A DNA stretch of 64,000 nt from Chitinophagales bacterium (lineage in GTDB: Bacteria; Bacteroidota; Bacteroidia; Chitinophagales; LD1): contig JBGAHI010000008.1 in assembly GCA_044226285.1 (NCBI GenBank), positions 145,140 through 209,139 of the forward strand. The letters run 5' to 3'. The position numbers were made by a program, and so were the translations under genes. The notes beneath the pieces were generated by a model. It worked only from the letters and a program-made list of their open reading frames with translations. It was not told where the DNA came from and did no database searches. The stretch's first letter is position 1. Each line of letters starts with the position of its first letter. This document shows positions 1 through 10,019 of the stretch, in pieces.

Positions 1-270
1 GAGTTAGGGGTGCAAGTAGAAAACCTTTCAGCAAAAGAGAAAGCAACGCTTGGCTTACAAAGTGGTGTCCGTGTAATCGAGCTGAAAGATGGTAAGTTAG
101 CGCAATTCACCGATATCAAAAAAGGATTTATCATCACGCAAATTGACGATCAACCGGTGAACGACACCAACGATTTCTTGAATATGATAAAAAGTAAATC
201 AGGTAAAATTTTACTTGAAGGTGTGTACCCAAATAAACCGATGAGCTATTTGTATGCTTTTAGAAAGTAA
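1..270 (+). CDS. C-terminal PDZ domain of an HtrA/DegP-family serine protease (5' end outside window)
   Basis: Open from the window edge. The translation GVRVIELKDGKLAQFTDIKKGFIITQIDDQPVNDTNDF...ILLEGVY resembles the terminal PDZ of Bacteroidota HtrA proteins. A hairpin terminator follows. Confidence 0.55.
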   Translation, partial: ELGVQVENLSAKEKATLGLQSGVRVIELKDGKLAQFTDIKKGFIITQIDDQPVNDTNDFLNMIKSKSGKILLEGVYPNKPMSYLYAFRK

Positions 271-292
271 GATTTTCAGTTTTAATTTTAAA

Positions 293-322
293 AAGGGCAG
301 TGAATTTCATTGCCCTTTTTTT
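293..322 (+). terminator. Rho-independent terminator after the PDZ-protease gene
   Basis: Stem AAGGGCA (293-299) pairs with TGCCCTT (311-317), followed by a T-run to 322. It overlaps the last codons of the convergent acyltransferase gene. Confidence 0.55.
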
Positions 323-1428
323 ATGTCCAACTTATCCCTAAATGCTAGAATCGGCTGCTCCACAAATCGGTAAAAACCATAAGCAATAAGCATTACAAGG
401 ATAACATAACCTACATAAGCCCCAAGCGTTAACACAACAGATGAAGCAAATACCGGCTTGAAAGGCAAAATTAATGGATAGAGAATAACCGAACGATTGA
501 TTAAATATATAGCGTAAGATATAACACTTAAAAATGTCACAACATTGATGATTCGTGAAGAAGTACATTTCAGCGCTTCAATAGTTGGCAACAACAACAG
601 CAATCCAACACCTACAATTGAGAAGTAGAATAACGATAGAAACATAAAACCAAAGGCGTAAAAGTGATAAGCAATGGTAGAAGCCAATAATAACAATATG
701 CCCAACCATTTATAATTGTAAAGCACTGTCCATATGCTACTCTTGTAATATTTCAACCATGCCGCCAATACCCCAAAGCCAATCATATCCAACCGATATA
801 CCATAATGTGGCGCAGATATCGGTTCCAATCATCAAGCGACTCAATAGGATGTTGCACAAAAAAAAGAATCCGTAATAGAAAGGGAACAACAAGCATCAC
901 TGTCGCGAATAGGAACACAGTCTTTTTGGGTTGTTGGATGAAACGCAGTAAAAACAAAGTACTCAAAGGCATCAATACATAAAACCATTCTTCTACAGAT
1001 AGACTCCACGCTTCAGGATAGAAATAGTATGGATCCCATTCGGGTACATACATATTCTGCACAAACAAAAAATAGCGCCATGGAAATGCAAATGTTCCGG
1101 CTGAAAAATAAAGGCGCAACAGAAACAGTAGCGTAATCACAATAAAATAAGAGGGTAATGTTCGCAACCAACGTTTCCAAAAAAAGGTTTTCAAAAGTCC
1201 GCTCTCGTTGCGTTCCAGCATGTCTATCCAAATGCCGCCTACCAAAAATCCACTCAGCACAAAAAACACATCTACTCCATCGGGTAATGAAATAAAGGAA
1301 ATAGATTTAGGAATTTGTGGAGCAATAATATGGAAAGCATGCGCCCCCAACACCAGCAATATAGCCGTGGCTCGCATTACATCGAGTCCGAAGTTTCTGG
1401 TTTTGCTTACTGCTGTTGGTATCAACAA
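307..1428 (-). CDS. Acyltransferase family 3 integral membrane protein
   Basis: 373 aa and highly hydrophobic (about 10 TM). The N-terminus ...VMRATAILLVLGAHAF... is typical of PF01757-type O-acyltransferases. It starts 7 nt after the upstream ALDH stop. Confidence 0.7.
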   Translation of the reverse strand: MLIPTAVSKTRNFGLDVMRATAILLVLGAHAFHIIAPQIPKSISFISLPDGVDVFFVLSGFLVGGIWIDMLERNESGLLKTFFWKRWLRTLPSYFIVITLLFLLRLYFSAGTFAFPWRYFLFVQNMYVPEWDPYYFYPEAWSLSVEEWFYVLMPLSTLFLLRFIQQPKKTVFLFATVMLVVPFLLRILFFVQHPIESLDDWNRYLRHIMVYRLDMIGFGVLAAWLKYYKSSIWTVLYNYKWLGILLLLASTIAYHFYAFGFMFLSLFYFSIVGVGLLLLLPTIEALKCTSSRIINVVTFLSVISYAIYLINRSVILYPLILPFKPVFASSVVLTLGAYVGYVILVMLIAYGFYRFVEQPILAFRDKLDIKKGQ

Positions 1429-1435
1429 ATTCGTT

Positions 1436-2812
1436 TTATTTCGACCAATTTCCGCGCAAATGATAAGCTTTAGGTTTTGTGAAGGCTCTCAATCCGGCAT
1501 GCGACAAGGTTGCTCCAAAACCCGAGTGATTTCTTCCACTCCATGGTAATGCCGGTGAAACTCTATCGCAGCAATTCCAATAGCTGGTACCGGAATTCAC
1601 TTTCGATAAAATGCTTTCAGCTCGCTCTTGGCTAGCGGTGTACACACCAGCCGTTAAACCGTAAGCCGTATCATTCATAAGCGTTACAGCCTGCTCATCT
1701 GAACTCACTTTCATGATGCCGATAATTGGTCCAAACGATTCTTCTTGCATCACCAACATATCATTCGTTACATCCACCAACACAGTGGGTTCAAAATAAT
1801 TGCCTGCACGGTCAATACGTTTTCCCCCACACAATACTTTCGCGCCTTTTGCCACTGCGTCTTTCACTTGATTCTCTAAAACATGAATTTGTGCTTCTCT
1901 TGTTAATGCAGCAATGTAAACGCCTTCCTCAGTAGGTGCTCCCGTCTTCCACGATTTTACTTCTTCTACGAAAGCCGTTACATATTCGTCAAATACTTTT
2001 TCGTGAACATAAATACGTTCAACAGAACAACAACTTTGTCCGTTGTTGTAAAATGCTCCATCTGCTGTACCAATGGCTGTGTTCTTCACATCAGCTATAT
2101 CATCCGTGATATACAATGGATCTTTGCCGCCCAATTCTAACTGACAAGGCAGCATTTTCTTCGCCACTTGTTGATAGATATAATTTCCGGTAGCATAAGA
2201 ACCGGTGAAGAAATAGCCATCGAAATTCATGTGCAATAAGGCTTCTCCAACTTCTCTTGCTCCGGCAGCTAACGCAAATGCATCTTTAGGAACACCTGCA
2301 GCATATAAGAGTTCTTGAATCTTCAATCCGGTTAATGTTGAAAACTCCGAAGGCTTATACATAACTGCATTACCAGCCAACAAAGCCGGTACAAACACAT
2401 TTACCCCCACTAAATACGGATAATTCCATGCCGAAATATTACAGACTACACCTAGTGGCTCGTATACAATTTTCTCGCCCATACCATCTTGCTCTACCAT
2501 CCAATCGTTCGACAAATAGGCCTTTGCATTTTCGCTTAACCATTTGATTCGATTACGTGCACCATTTAATTCGTTGTACGATTGTTGCAATGGCTTACCC
2601 ACTTCACTGGTCAACGTTTTTGCTAAATCTTCTTTGTGCGTATCCAACAAATCGTGAAAACGCAACAAGGTTTGTACGCGGTCATCGATAGAAACTTGAT
2701 TCCATTTCACTTGACCTGCTTTCAGTTGAGCAAACTTTTCATTTAATGTTTCTTTACTATCTGATGCAATATCTGCAATAGTTTCAGCCGTAGCCGGATT
2801 GGTAATTTTCAT
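1436..2812 (-). CDS. NAD(P)-dependent aldehyde dehydrogenase
   Basis: 458 aa with ALDH motifs: ISAWNYP, ELGGKDP, and the catalytic Cys region NNGQSCCSVERIYVHE. Confidence 0.85.
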   Translation of the reverse strand: MKITNPATAETIADIASDSKETLNEKFAQLKAGQVKWNQVSIDDRVQTLLRFHDLLDTHKEDLAKTLTSEVGKPLQQSYNELNGARNRIKWLSENAKAYLSNDWMVEQDGMGEKIVYEPLGVVCNISAWNYPYLVGVNVFVPALLAGNAVMYKPSEFSTLTGLKIQELLYAAGVPKDAFALAAGAREVGEALLHMNFDGYFFTGSYATGNYIYQQVAKKMLPCQLELGGKDPLYITDDIADVKNTAIGTADGAFYNNGQSCCSVERIYVHEKVFDEYVTAFVEEVKSWKTGAPTEEGVYIAALTREAQIHVLENQVKDAVAKGAKVLCGGKRIDRAGNYFEPTVLVDVTNDMLVMQEESFGPIIGIMKVSSDEQAVTLMNDTAYGLTAGVYTASQERAESILSKVNSGTSYWNCCDRVSPALPWSGRNHSGFGATLSHAGLRAFTKPKAYHLRGNWSK

Positions 2813-2835
2813 AATTTATATGTACTAAATAATTT

Positions 2836-3573
2836 TTAAAATACTTTTCGTTTGTCCCAAGCAGCAGCTAGAAATGCCTTTTTTATGTTCATGGAAAACG
2901 GACTGTGTACATCCAACATACGCTCCGGATGCCATTGCACTGCGCATAAAAACTGGTGTTTCGGATCGCGAAGTTCTATCGCTTCTACCACACCATCATC
3001 GGAAAACGCTACAGCCACAAGCTCTTTAGCTAATTTGTCTATCGATTGATGATGTGCACTGTTTACCATTCCTTGTTCAGTTTGCACTATGTCATAAAAC
3101 AGTGAATCGCGATCGACAGACACCATATGTTGCTTATCAATATCATTTTCCTTTTTATGAATCGCATTCTTATCACTTCCATTATCGAGATGTAATGTAC
3201 CTCGCATATACGAATTAATCAGCTGTAAGCCTCTACAAATCCCTAAAATAGGCACTCTTCGTGATAAAGCCTGCTCTAATAAATTCAATTCGAATTCATC
3301 ACGCTTCACATTAAAATCTTCAGGAGCAAAAGGATAATGCAACGAATAATTACAACTATGAAACCCTGGATGAATATCCACACCGCCCGTAAACACTATG
3401 CCGTCACATAAACTCAAATCATGTGCATTTGATTTTGTGTAAGACAACTCTACAATCTCCACTTCCAATGGCAACGTATCTTCTTGTGCATTTAAAACAG
3501 CAGACGAACGTATCCAATTCACATAATTGGCGTAGTTCGTAGCAGTTTCTGTAATTCCTATTTTGATGCTCAT
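2836..3573 (-). CDS. Gamma-glutamyl hydrolase, class I glutamine amidotransferase (peptidase C26, PuuD-like)
   Basis: 245 aa. Nucleophile Cys in GICRGLQLIN, HHQSI, and catalytic His in VQWHPE. A 4-nt overlap with the upstream Fe-ADH indicates translational coupling. Confidence 0.8.
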   Translation of the reverse strand: MSIKIGITETATNYANYVNWIRSSAVLNAQEDTLPLEVEIVELSYTKSNAHDLSLCDGIVFTGGVDIHPGFHSCNYSLHYPFAPEDFNVKRDEFELNLLEQALSRRVPILGICRGLQLINSYMRGTLHLDNGSDKNAIHKKENDIDKQHMVSVDRDSLFYDIVQTEQGMVNSAHHQSIDKLAKELVAVAFSDDGVVEAIELRDPKHQFLCAVQWHPERMLDVHSPFSMNIKKAFLAAAWDKRKVF

Positions 3574-4706
3574 AAAGCCTCTAAATACAATTGTTTAAAA
3601 TCTTCTCGGCTTACAGGTTTCGGATTGTTTGGATGCGCGAAATCTGCAAAAGCTAAATCTGCAAGGGTTTCAATATGCTCCGGCTTCACACCCACCGCAC
3701 TTAATTTATGCGGAATGTTGATGCGCGAATTCAAATCGAACAAATAATTCACTACTGCTTCGCCACTCAACTCCTTTAAATTCAAGGTTTGTGCCATGCG
3801 TTTGAATTTATCTTCACTTCCGGCAATGTTGAATTTCATACCGTAAGGAATGTTCACCGCATTAGCTAAGCCGTGGTGTGTATCAAGTAATGACGACATG
3901 GGATGCGCCAACGAATGCACCACACCTAATCCTTTTTGAAAAGCAATCGCACCCATCATAGAACCTAACAACATTTTGCTGCGCGATTCAACATCCGGAT
4001 TTTTAGTGGCAGTTTCCAACGACTCGTTGATTAATCGCATACCTTCCAAAGCAATACCATCGCAAATCGGATGATAGTTTTTCGCTAAGAACGCTTCCAT
4101 ATTGTGCGTTAAAGCATCCATACCGGTTGCAGCCGTAATAAACGCAGGCAATTCCATCGTTAATAATGGATCGGCAAAAACGATTTTTGCTAATAGTTTC
4201 GGGGAGAATAAAATTTTCTTTTGATGGGTTTCATCATCCGCAATTATGGCACTTCTACCCACTTCACTTCCCGTTCCGGCTGTAGTTGGAATAGTGATGA
4301 ATGGCGGAACATCGTTCGTTACATACACATCGCCACCTATTAAATCATCGTACTTAAATAAATCTTCACGGTGATTGATACGCAACAAAATAGCACGTGC
4401 TACATCTAATCCGGCTCCTCCGCCAATACCAATAATGCTGTCGCGTTGTGTTTGATCATAAGCATCTGAACCTTTGTAAACATCAGATTTTACGGGATTT
4501 TTATGAATATCAGAAAACACTTCTACACTGATACCAGCATTTTGTAAATCACTGACAATGCCTTTAAAGAAAGGCAATTCACGAACCGTTGGATCGGTAA
4601 CAATCAACGGACGAACCCAATTGTTCTTTTTTAAATAATCGCCAAGTTCCTTTACTACGCCTGCTCCAAAACGAATGGTAGTTGGAAAATTAAATTGTGA
4701 GATCAT
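3570..4706 (-). CDS. Iron-containing (group III) alcohol dehydrogenase
   Basis: 378 aa. Motifs GIGGGAGLDVARA, TTAGTGSEV and metal-binding His residues in HSLAHPMSSLLDTHHGLANA. Confidence 0.85.
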   Translation of the reverse strand: MISQFNFPTTIRFGAGVVKELGDYLKKNNWVRPLIVTDPTVRELPFFKGIVSDLQNAGISVEVFSDIHKNPVKSDVYKGSDAYDQTQRDSIIGIGGGAGLDVARAILLRINHREDLFKYDDLIGGDVYVTNDVPPFITIPTTAGTGSEVGRSAIIADDETHQKKILFSPKLLAKIVFADPLLTMELPAFITAATGMDALTHNMEAFLAKNYHPICDGIALEGMRLINESLETATKNPDVESRSKMLLGSMMGAIAFQKGLGVVHSLAHPMSSLLDTHHGLANAVNIPYGMKFNIAGSEDKFKRMAQTLNLKELSGEAVVNYLFDLNSRINIPHKLSAVGVKPEHIETLADLAFADFAHPNNPKPVSREDFKQLYLEAL

Positions 4707-4728
4707 GCTTTTACTTTATACTTTTTGT

Positions 4729-6087
4729 TTAAATAATTTCGAAATAACGTTTCATCTCCCAATCGGTAACTACACGGCTAAACTGGCGCCACTCCCACTC
4801 TCTCGTTTGACTGAAATGCTGCACAAACTGCTCGCCCAACAATTCGTTAGCCAATTTAGAATCGCGCATTTTCACTGTAGCATCAATTAAATTTTTAGGG
4901 AAACGGCCATTGCTTTCATCTTTGTAACCATTGCCTAATGTCATGGGTTGTTTCAACGTAAGTTTATTTTTCACGCCATACAAACCGGCTGCAAGACAAG
5001 CAGACATAGCTAAATAAGGATTGGTATCGGAACCCACCACCCGTGTTTCTAAGCGACACGATTTACTTCCACCCGGCAATGCACGCAAAGCTACCGTACG
5101 ATTATCGATACCCCAAGTTACAGTTGTTGGCGCCCAAGCACCTTCTACCAATCGCTTGTAAGAATTCACCGTTGGTGCAACCATTGGTAAAATGTGTGGC
5201 AAGCAATGCAACTGACCGGCAATGTAACTCTTCATTACTGCGCTAATTTTTTGCTTGTCTTTATCGTCATGAAATAAATTCTTTGTCGATTTTTTATCCC
5301 ACAAACTCTGATGCACGTGTCCGCTACAGCCCGGTAAATTTTCGCTAATCTTAGCCATGAACGTAGGCATAATACCGCGTTTGTAGCCCAACTCCTTAAT
5401 TGCAGTTTTGAACAACACCGCTCTATCAGCAGTTTCTAGCGTTCTACCGTATTGAATAGCCGCTTCATATACACCCGGTCCTGTTTCTGTATGCAAACCT
5501 TCAATAGGAATACCGAACTTTTTCAATTCATCAAAAATATCGGAAAAGAAATCGTTACGTAAGGTGCTGCGTAAAATAGAATAGCCAAACATCCCAGGAG
5601 TTAAGGGTTTCAAGCCACTGTAGTTTTTATCGGCCGAACTTTGCGGTGTTTCTTCAAAATTAAACCACTCGAATTCTTGCGCTACATAAGGCGTGTAGCC
5701 CGCCTGTTCAGCTTCGTTGGTGATTTTTTTCAACAACTGACGCGGACAAACAGCCAAGGGTTTATTCTTCTCATCAATGAATTCGCCTAAGAAAAACGGA
5801 ATATCATTTTCCCAAGGAATCTTTCGAAACGTAGATAAATCAATAGTTGCCTTTGCATCCGGATAGCCCGTGTGCCAGCCTGTATAGCTTGCGTTGTCGT
5901 AGGCCACATCACCCATATCCCAACCAAATACTACATCACAAAACCCGAAAGAATCTTCTACAACAGAAAGAAATTTTTCTGCCGACATATATTTCCCTCT
6001 CAACACACCATCGATATCAGTGACAGCCAACTTCACTTTACCTAAAGGATGTTTTCGAACGTAATCTAAAATTTGCTTTTTCTCCAT
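4729..6087 (-). CDS. Glutamine synthetase family protein, likely a gamma-glutamyl-amine ligase (PuuA/GlnA3/GlnA4-like)
   Basis: 452 aa. GS catalytic-domain motifs HTETGPGVYEAA, GCSGHVHQSLW and NSYKRL...NRTVALRA...RLETRVVGSDTNPYLA. The operon context matches Puu-type pathways. Confidence 0.8.
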   Translation of the reverse strand: MEKKQILDYVRKHPLGKVKLAVTDIDGVLRGKYMSAEKFLSVVEDSFGFCDVVFGWDMGDVAYDNASYTGWHTGYPDAKATIDLSTFRKIPWENDIPFFLGEFIDEKNKPLAVCPRQLLKKITNEAEQAGYTPYVAQEFEWFNFEETPQSSADKNYSGLKPLTPGMFGYSILRSTLRNDFFSDIFDELKKFGIPIEGLHTETGPGVYEAAIQYGRTLETADRAVLFKTAIKELGYKRGIMPTFMAKISENLPGCSGHVHQSLWDKKSTKNLFHDDKDKQKISAVMKSYIAGQLHCLPHILPMVAPTVNSYKRLVEGAWAPTTVTWGIDNRTVALRALPGGSKSCRLETRVVGSDTNPYLAMSACLAAGLYGVKNKLTLKQPMTLGNGYKDESNGRFPKNLIDATVKMRDSKLANELLGEQFVQHFSQTREWEWRQFSRVVTDWEMKRYFEII

Positions 6088-6089
6088 GA

Positions 6090-7406
6090 TTAAGACTTAT
6101 CGGATGAGTTAAACAGTTTGTATAAAACGAATGCAAATGTAATCACTGCAAAATAAATAATGGCGAGTTTACTATTAAAATAACTCATGGCCACCAAAGC
6201 CACCGATGCAATGGTTAACGCAATTATTGGAACTATGGGGTAAAAAGGAGTTCGGAACGGACGAGGCATATCGGGCTCGGTTTTGCGCAAACGTATAATC
6301 GCTAAACAAGAAAAGATGTAGAGCGTAATAGCGCCAAACACCGAAAGCGTAATAATATCACCTGTTCGCTTGGTAAATAATGCAAAAATACCCAACACCA
6401 TATTGGCCACTAATGCCCAATGTGGAGTATTGAATTTTGGATGCACTTCGCCTAAAACACGTGGAAATTGACCCACTTTCCCGAATTCGTAGGTTACTCG
6501 TCCGGCCGCTAACAGCAAGCCATTGAAGGAAGCCACAAAACCAAACAACCCCACACTCACCAACATATGATACATCAATCCACTGTTTCCGGTGATTTGT
6601 CCCAAAGCCATTGGTAATGGTGAATCGGACACATTTCCGGCCTTGTCGTACACTACTTTCTCCCAACCACCAACGCCTACTGCAGCACAGAAAGTCATAG
6701 CCGCTAAAAGTCCCAATGTAGCCATGGAATACATAAAGGCCTTCGTAATATTTTTTTGCGGATCAATGGTTTCTTCAGCCACATTGGCTATACCTTCCAT
6801 GCCCAAAAAGAACCAAATCGCGAAAGGAATAGCGGCAAAAATGCCTTCAATGCCATGGGGGAAGGGGTTTGTTTGTAGATTCTGCAACTGAAAATGCGGC
6901 AAAGTAAGCGATGCGAACAAGCTTAATTCGGCAACGGCAATTATGGTAATAATCAGCTCGAACGTGGCGGAAATTTTAACCCCTATAATATTAATGGCTG
7001 TGAAAATAAAGTAAGCGACTATGGCAAAAACGAGCTCATCTACTGCCGGATAAAGAATGTGAAAATAAGCCCCAATGCCCAATGCAATAGCTGGGGGAGC
7101 AAACACAAACTCAATCCACTGAGCCATTCCGGCCACAAAACCTAAGTCCTTTCCGAATGCCCGTCCCACATAATCGAACACTCCACCGGCTTTTGGAATG
7201 GCGCACGCCAACTCGGAATACGATAACGAAAACGTTATGTACATGATTAAAATAAATACGGTGGCTATGCCTAACCCGAGCGTTCCGCCCTTATCTAATC
7301 CTATGTTCCAGCCGAAATACATGCCGGAGATAACATAACCTACTCCAAGTCCCCAAAGTAAAATAGGGGAAAGCGATTTTTTAAGATGTGTTGACATGAA
7401 AATCAA
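6090..7406 (-). CDS. APC-superfamily amino acid/amine permease, ethanolamine-permease-like
   Basis: 438 aa, about 12 TM. The N-terminus LKKSLSPILLWGLGVGYVISGMYFGWNIG resembles Eat/ethanolamine permeases. Its stop lies 2 nt before the GS-like gene. Confidence 0.7.
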   Translation of the reverse strand: MIFMSTHLKKSLSPILLWGLGVGYVISGMYFGWNIGLDKGGTLGLGIATVFILIMYITFSLSYSELACAIPKAGGVFDYVGRAFGKDLGFVAGMAQWIEFVFAPPAIALGIGAYFHILYPAVDELVFAIVAYFIFTAINIIGVKISATFELIITIIAVAELSLFASLTLPHFQLQNLQTNPFPHGIEGIFAAIPFAIWFFLGMEGIANVAEETIDPQKNITKAFMYSMATLGLLAAMTFCAAVGVGGWEKVVYDKAGNVSDSPLPMALGQITGNSGLMYHMLVSVGLFGFVASFNGLLLAAGRVTYEFGKVGQFPRVLGEVHPKFNTPHWALVANMVLGIFALFTKRTGDIITLSVFGAITLYIFSCLAIIRLRKTEPDMPRPFRTPFYPIVPIIALTIASVALVAMSYFNSKLAIIYFAVITFAFVLYKLFNSSDKS

Positions 7407-7450
7407 GATAGGAATAATCCTAAAGAATTATTATTTTTCAAAAAAAATAA

Positions 7451-8917
7451 GTGATGGAAGCAACTGCAACGGTAATTCCGCCTGTTCAAAAAGCGGTTCC
7501 TATGAGCCCGAATTCTTCTTTGGAGGAAATTCTCCGACTATACAATCTTCAGCTAAAAAACGCACAAGCGATAAAAAACTCAACAACCAAAGAGCGAAAA
7601 GAGAAACTAAGCAAGCTGAAAAATGTGTGCATGGATTATCAACAAAAAATCCAAGAAGCCCTATTTGCCGATTTACACAAAGCTGCTGTGGAAGCAGATT
7701 ACACTGAATTGTACAATGTTGTGACTGAAGCTCGATATGCTATTTCCAACCTTGATGAATGGATGACACCAATGGAAGTAGAAACACCATTAATGTACAT
7801 TGGTTCATCGTCAAAAATTATTTTTGAACCTAAGGGTGTTTGTCTGATTTTATCTCCATGGAACTATCCTTTCCAATTGCCCATGCAGCATTTAGTAAGC
7901 TGTGTAGCAGCCGGAAATACCGCTATTATTAAGCCTTCTGAGTTCACACCAAATACTTCGGCTTTATTGAAAGAAATTATTGGCAAAATTTTTAATGAAA
8001 ATGAAGTAGCTGTTGTGCTTGGCGATTACAGCGTTTCATCGGAATTGTTGAAATTGAAATTCGATCATATTCACTTTACCGGTTCACCGAATGTAGGCAA
8101 AGTGGTAATGCGTGCAGCAGCTGAACACCTTACAACTGTTACCTTAGAGCTAGGTGGAAAATCTCCGGCTATCATCGATGAAAGTGCGAATATTGATGCG
8201 GCAGTGAAAAAAATATCGTGGGGTAAATTTGTGAACGTAGGGCAAACCTGCATCGCACCCGACTATATATTGATTCACGAATCGAAAAAAGACGAGTTTA
8301 TTGCGAAGTTCAAAACCAATGCCGAGAAGTTCTTCACCGCTACACCAAAACAAAGTGCCGATTTAGCACGTATCGTAAACAACAAGCATTTCAACCGTTT
8401 GAAAGGATTATTGGAGGATGCCGTTTTGCGTGGTGCGAAAGTAGAATACGGGGGCGATTTAGATGAAAGTCAGAATTATATTTCTCCAACATTACTTTCA
8501 AACGTTCCGTTGGATAGTAAAATCATGGAGGAAGAAATCTTCGGACCATTATTGCCGTTGGTGACGTTCAAAACTATGGATGAAGCATTGAAAATTGTGA
8601 ACGGAAAAGAAAAGCCATTGGCACTTTATGTCTTCAGCGGAAAATCAAAAGTTTCTGACTATGTGGTGAACAATACTAGTGCCGGAGGAACGTGTATCAA
8701 CGATAACTTAGTTCACATTTCACAACCGAATCTCCCTTTTGGCGGCATCAACAATTCAGGTATAGGAAAATCTACCGGCTATTTCGGATTCAAAGAATTT
8801 TCGAACGAACGTGCCGTACTGAAAGCCTTACACAGTGGAAGTATCGCTACACCTTTATGGTTCCCTTATGGCAAACTGGCCAGAATGGTAACCAATATTA
8901 TGCTTAAATATTTTTAA
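7451..8917 (+). CDS. Aldehyde dehydrogenase, ALDH3-like (fatty/aromatic aldehyde type)
   Basis: 488 aa. Motifs SPWNYPFQLP, ELGGKSP and GQTCIAPDYILIHE. Divergent from the permease with only 44 nt between the two starts. The start could be GTG 7451, ATG 7454 or a later ATG. Confidence 0.8.
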   Translation: MMEATATVIPPVQKAVPMSPNSSLEEILRLYNLQLKNAQAIKNSTTKERKEKLSKLKNVCMDYQQKIQEALFADLHKAAVEADYTELYNVVTEARYAISNLDEWMTPMEVETPLMYIGSSSKIIFEPKGVCLILSPWNYPFQLPMQHLVSCVAAGNTAIIKPSEFTPNTSALLKEIIGKIFNENEVAVVLGDYSVSSELLKLKFDHIHFTGSPNVGKVVMRAAAEHLTTVTLELGGKSPAIIDESANIDAAVKKISWGKFVNVGQTCIAPDYILIHESKKDEFIAKFKTNAEKFFTATPKQSADLARIVNNKHFNRLKGLLEDAVLRGAKVEYGGDLDESQNYISPTLLSNVPLDSKIMEEEIFGPLLPLVTFKTMDEALKIVNGKEKPLALYVFSGKSKVSDYVVNNTSAGGTCINDNLVHISQPNLPFGGINNSGIGKSTGYFGFKEFSNERAVLKALHSGSIATPLWFPYGKLARMVTNIMLKYF

Positions 8918-8937
8918 TTTGCTTTTCAAAGAACACA

Positions 8938-9375
8938 ATGAAAAAAATAACGCTTTCTCTTCTTACTATAGCACTTATTGCTTTTGCGATTTCTTCTTGC
9001 AAAAAAGAAACTACTGAAACGATTTTGGAGCCGATTACACTTGTCTCTCCCGATTCTACTACGGTTTTCATTAAACGCGGAACTACGCAAAAAATCGATA
9101 TTAAATACACCACTGATCGTCCGATTAACTATGTGCAGATTTTGTATGAAGTAGATACCACAGGCGATGCCAATCACGTGTACACTTATCCTGATACATT
9201 ATTCTACTTGAACTTTGATTCTACGGGTGCAGCACCAAGTAACAAATACAACTACGTTGGAGCTTACACCTTGCCAGACACCATTAAATTGTTCGACAAA
9301 GTACGCTTCAAAACTACTTTCAAAGCACAAAAATTAATCTACCCGAAAGAGTTTAAAATTGTAGCCAACGGCTAA
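8938..9375 (+). CDS. Hypothetical lipoprotein
   Basis: 145 aa. Signal peptide ending AISSC|KKE. No recognisable domain. Confidence 0.5.
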   Translation: MKKITLSLLTIALIAFAISSCKKETTETILEPITLVSPDSTTVFIKRGTTQKIDIKYTTDRPINYVQILYEVDTTGDANHVYTYPDTLFYLNFDSTGAAPSNKYNYVGAYTLPDTIKLFDKVRFKTTFKAQKLIYPKEFKIVANG

Positions 9376-9380
9376 TTCCA

Positions 9381-10001
9381 ATGCAAAAAATAACAACCTT
9401 CATTCTTGTTCTGTTCTTTGCCCTGCTGTTGTTTCTGACCTATCACTATGCATTCAACAAGGGAAAATCGGAAGGCACGGAGAGTTTTGTACAGAACTAT
9501 GAAATGATTAAAGATATCGCTGAGGTGGCGGCTTTACAGGTGGATGGAAAAACGCAATATCAATTTTCAAACAAACAAGACGAAAGCAGTTGGAGTGGCT
9601 GGTTAAGCAATGCCGTACTCGAAAAAACGGTGCGCCTTGACATTCCTTACACCGCTAAATACGGCATCGATTTAAACAAAGATACATTTGGTATAACGTC
9701 AATGGATACGGTGATTATTGTCACTTTACCAGAGCCAATGTTATTGAGTTTAGAAATGAAATTAGACAAGGTGCAAGGCTTTGCCAAATCGGGTTTGCTG
9801 GTTACTGAAGATTCTGAAAACTACCTCAAAGCCCAGAAAGAATTGTACTTGAAAACCAGAGCCGACTTAGAAACTAACACAAGTCACAAAGAAAAAGCAA
9901 AGGAAAGTTTAGCGGCTGTATTCAAAAAATATATGGCACCAAGTGGCAAAAAAGTAATCGTGAAATTTGGCGGAGCTCCGGCTAAGAAAGTAGCGGGTTA
10001 A
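9381..10001 (+). CDS. Hypothetical membrane-anchored protein (possibly DUF4230-like)
   Basis: 206 aa with one N-terminal TM. Begins 5 nt after the preceding gene. The family assignment is from memory only. Confidence 0.4.
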   Translation: MQKITTFILVLFFALLLFLTYHYAFNKGKSEGTESFVQNYEMIKDIAEVAALQVDGKTQYQFSNKQDESSWSGWLSNAVLEKTVRLDIPYTAKYGIDLNKDTFGITSMDTVIIVTLPEPMLLSLEMKLDKVQGFAKSGLLVTEDSENYLKAQKELYLKTRADLETNTSHKEKAKESLAAVFKKYMAPSGKKVIVKFGGAPAKKVAG

Positions 10002-10019
10002 CGAATTAAATAGAATACC

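Noticed and set aside
1208-1549. 113-aa plus-strand ORF spanning the acyltransferase/ALDH junction
   Set aside because: It is antisense to two well-supported minus-strand genes. Its translation is Ser/Thr/Pro-rich with no start context.
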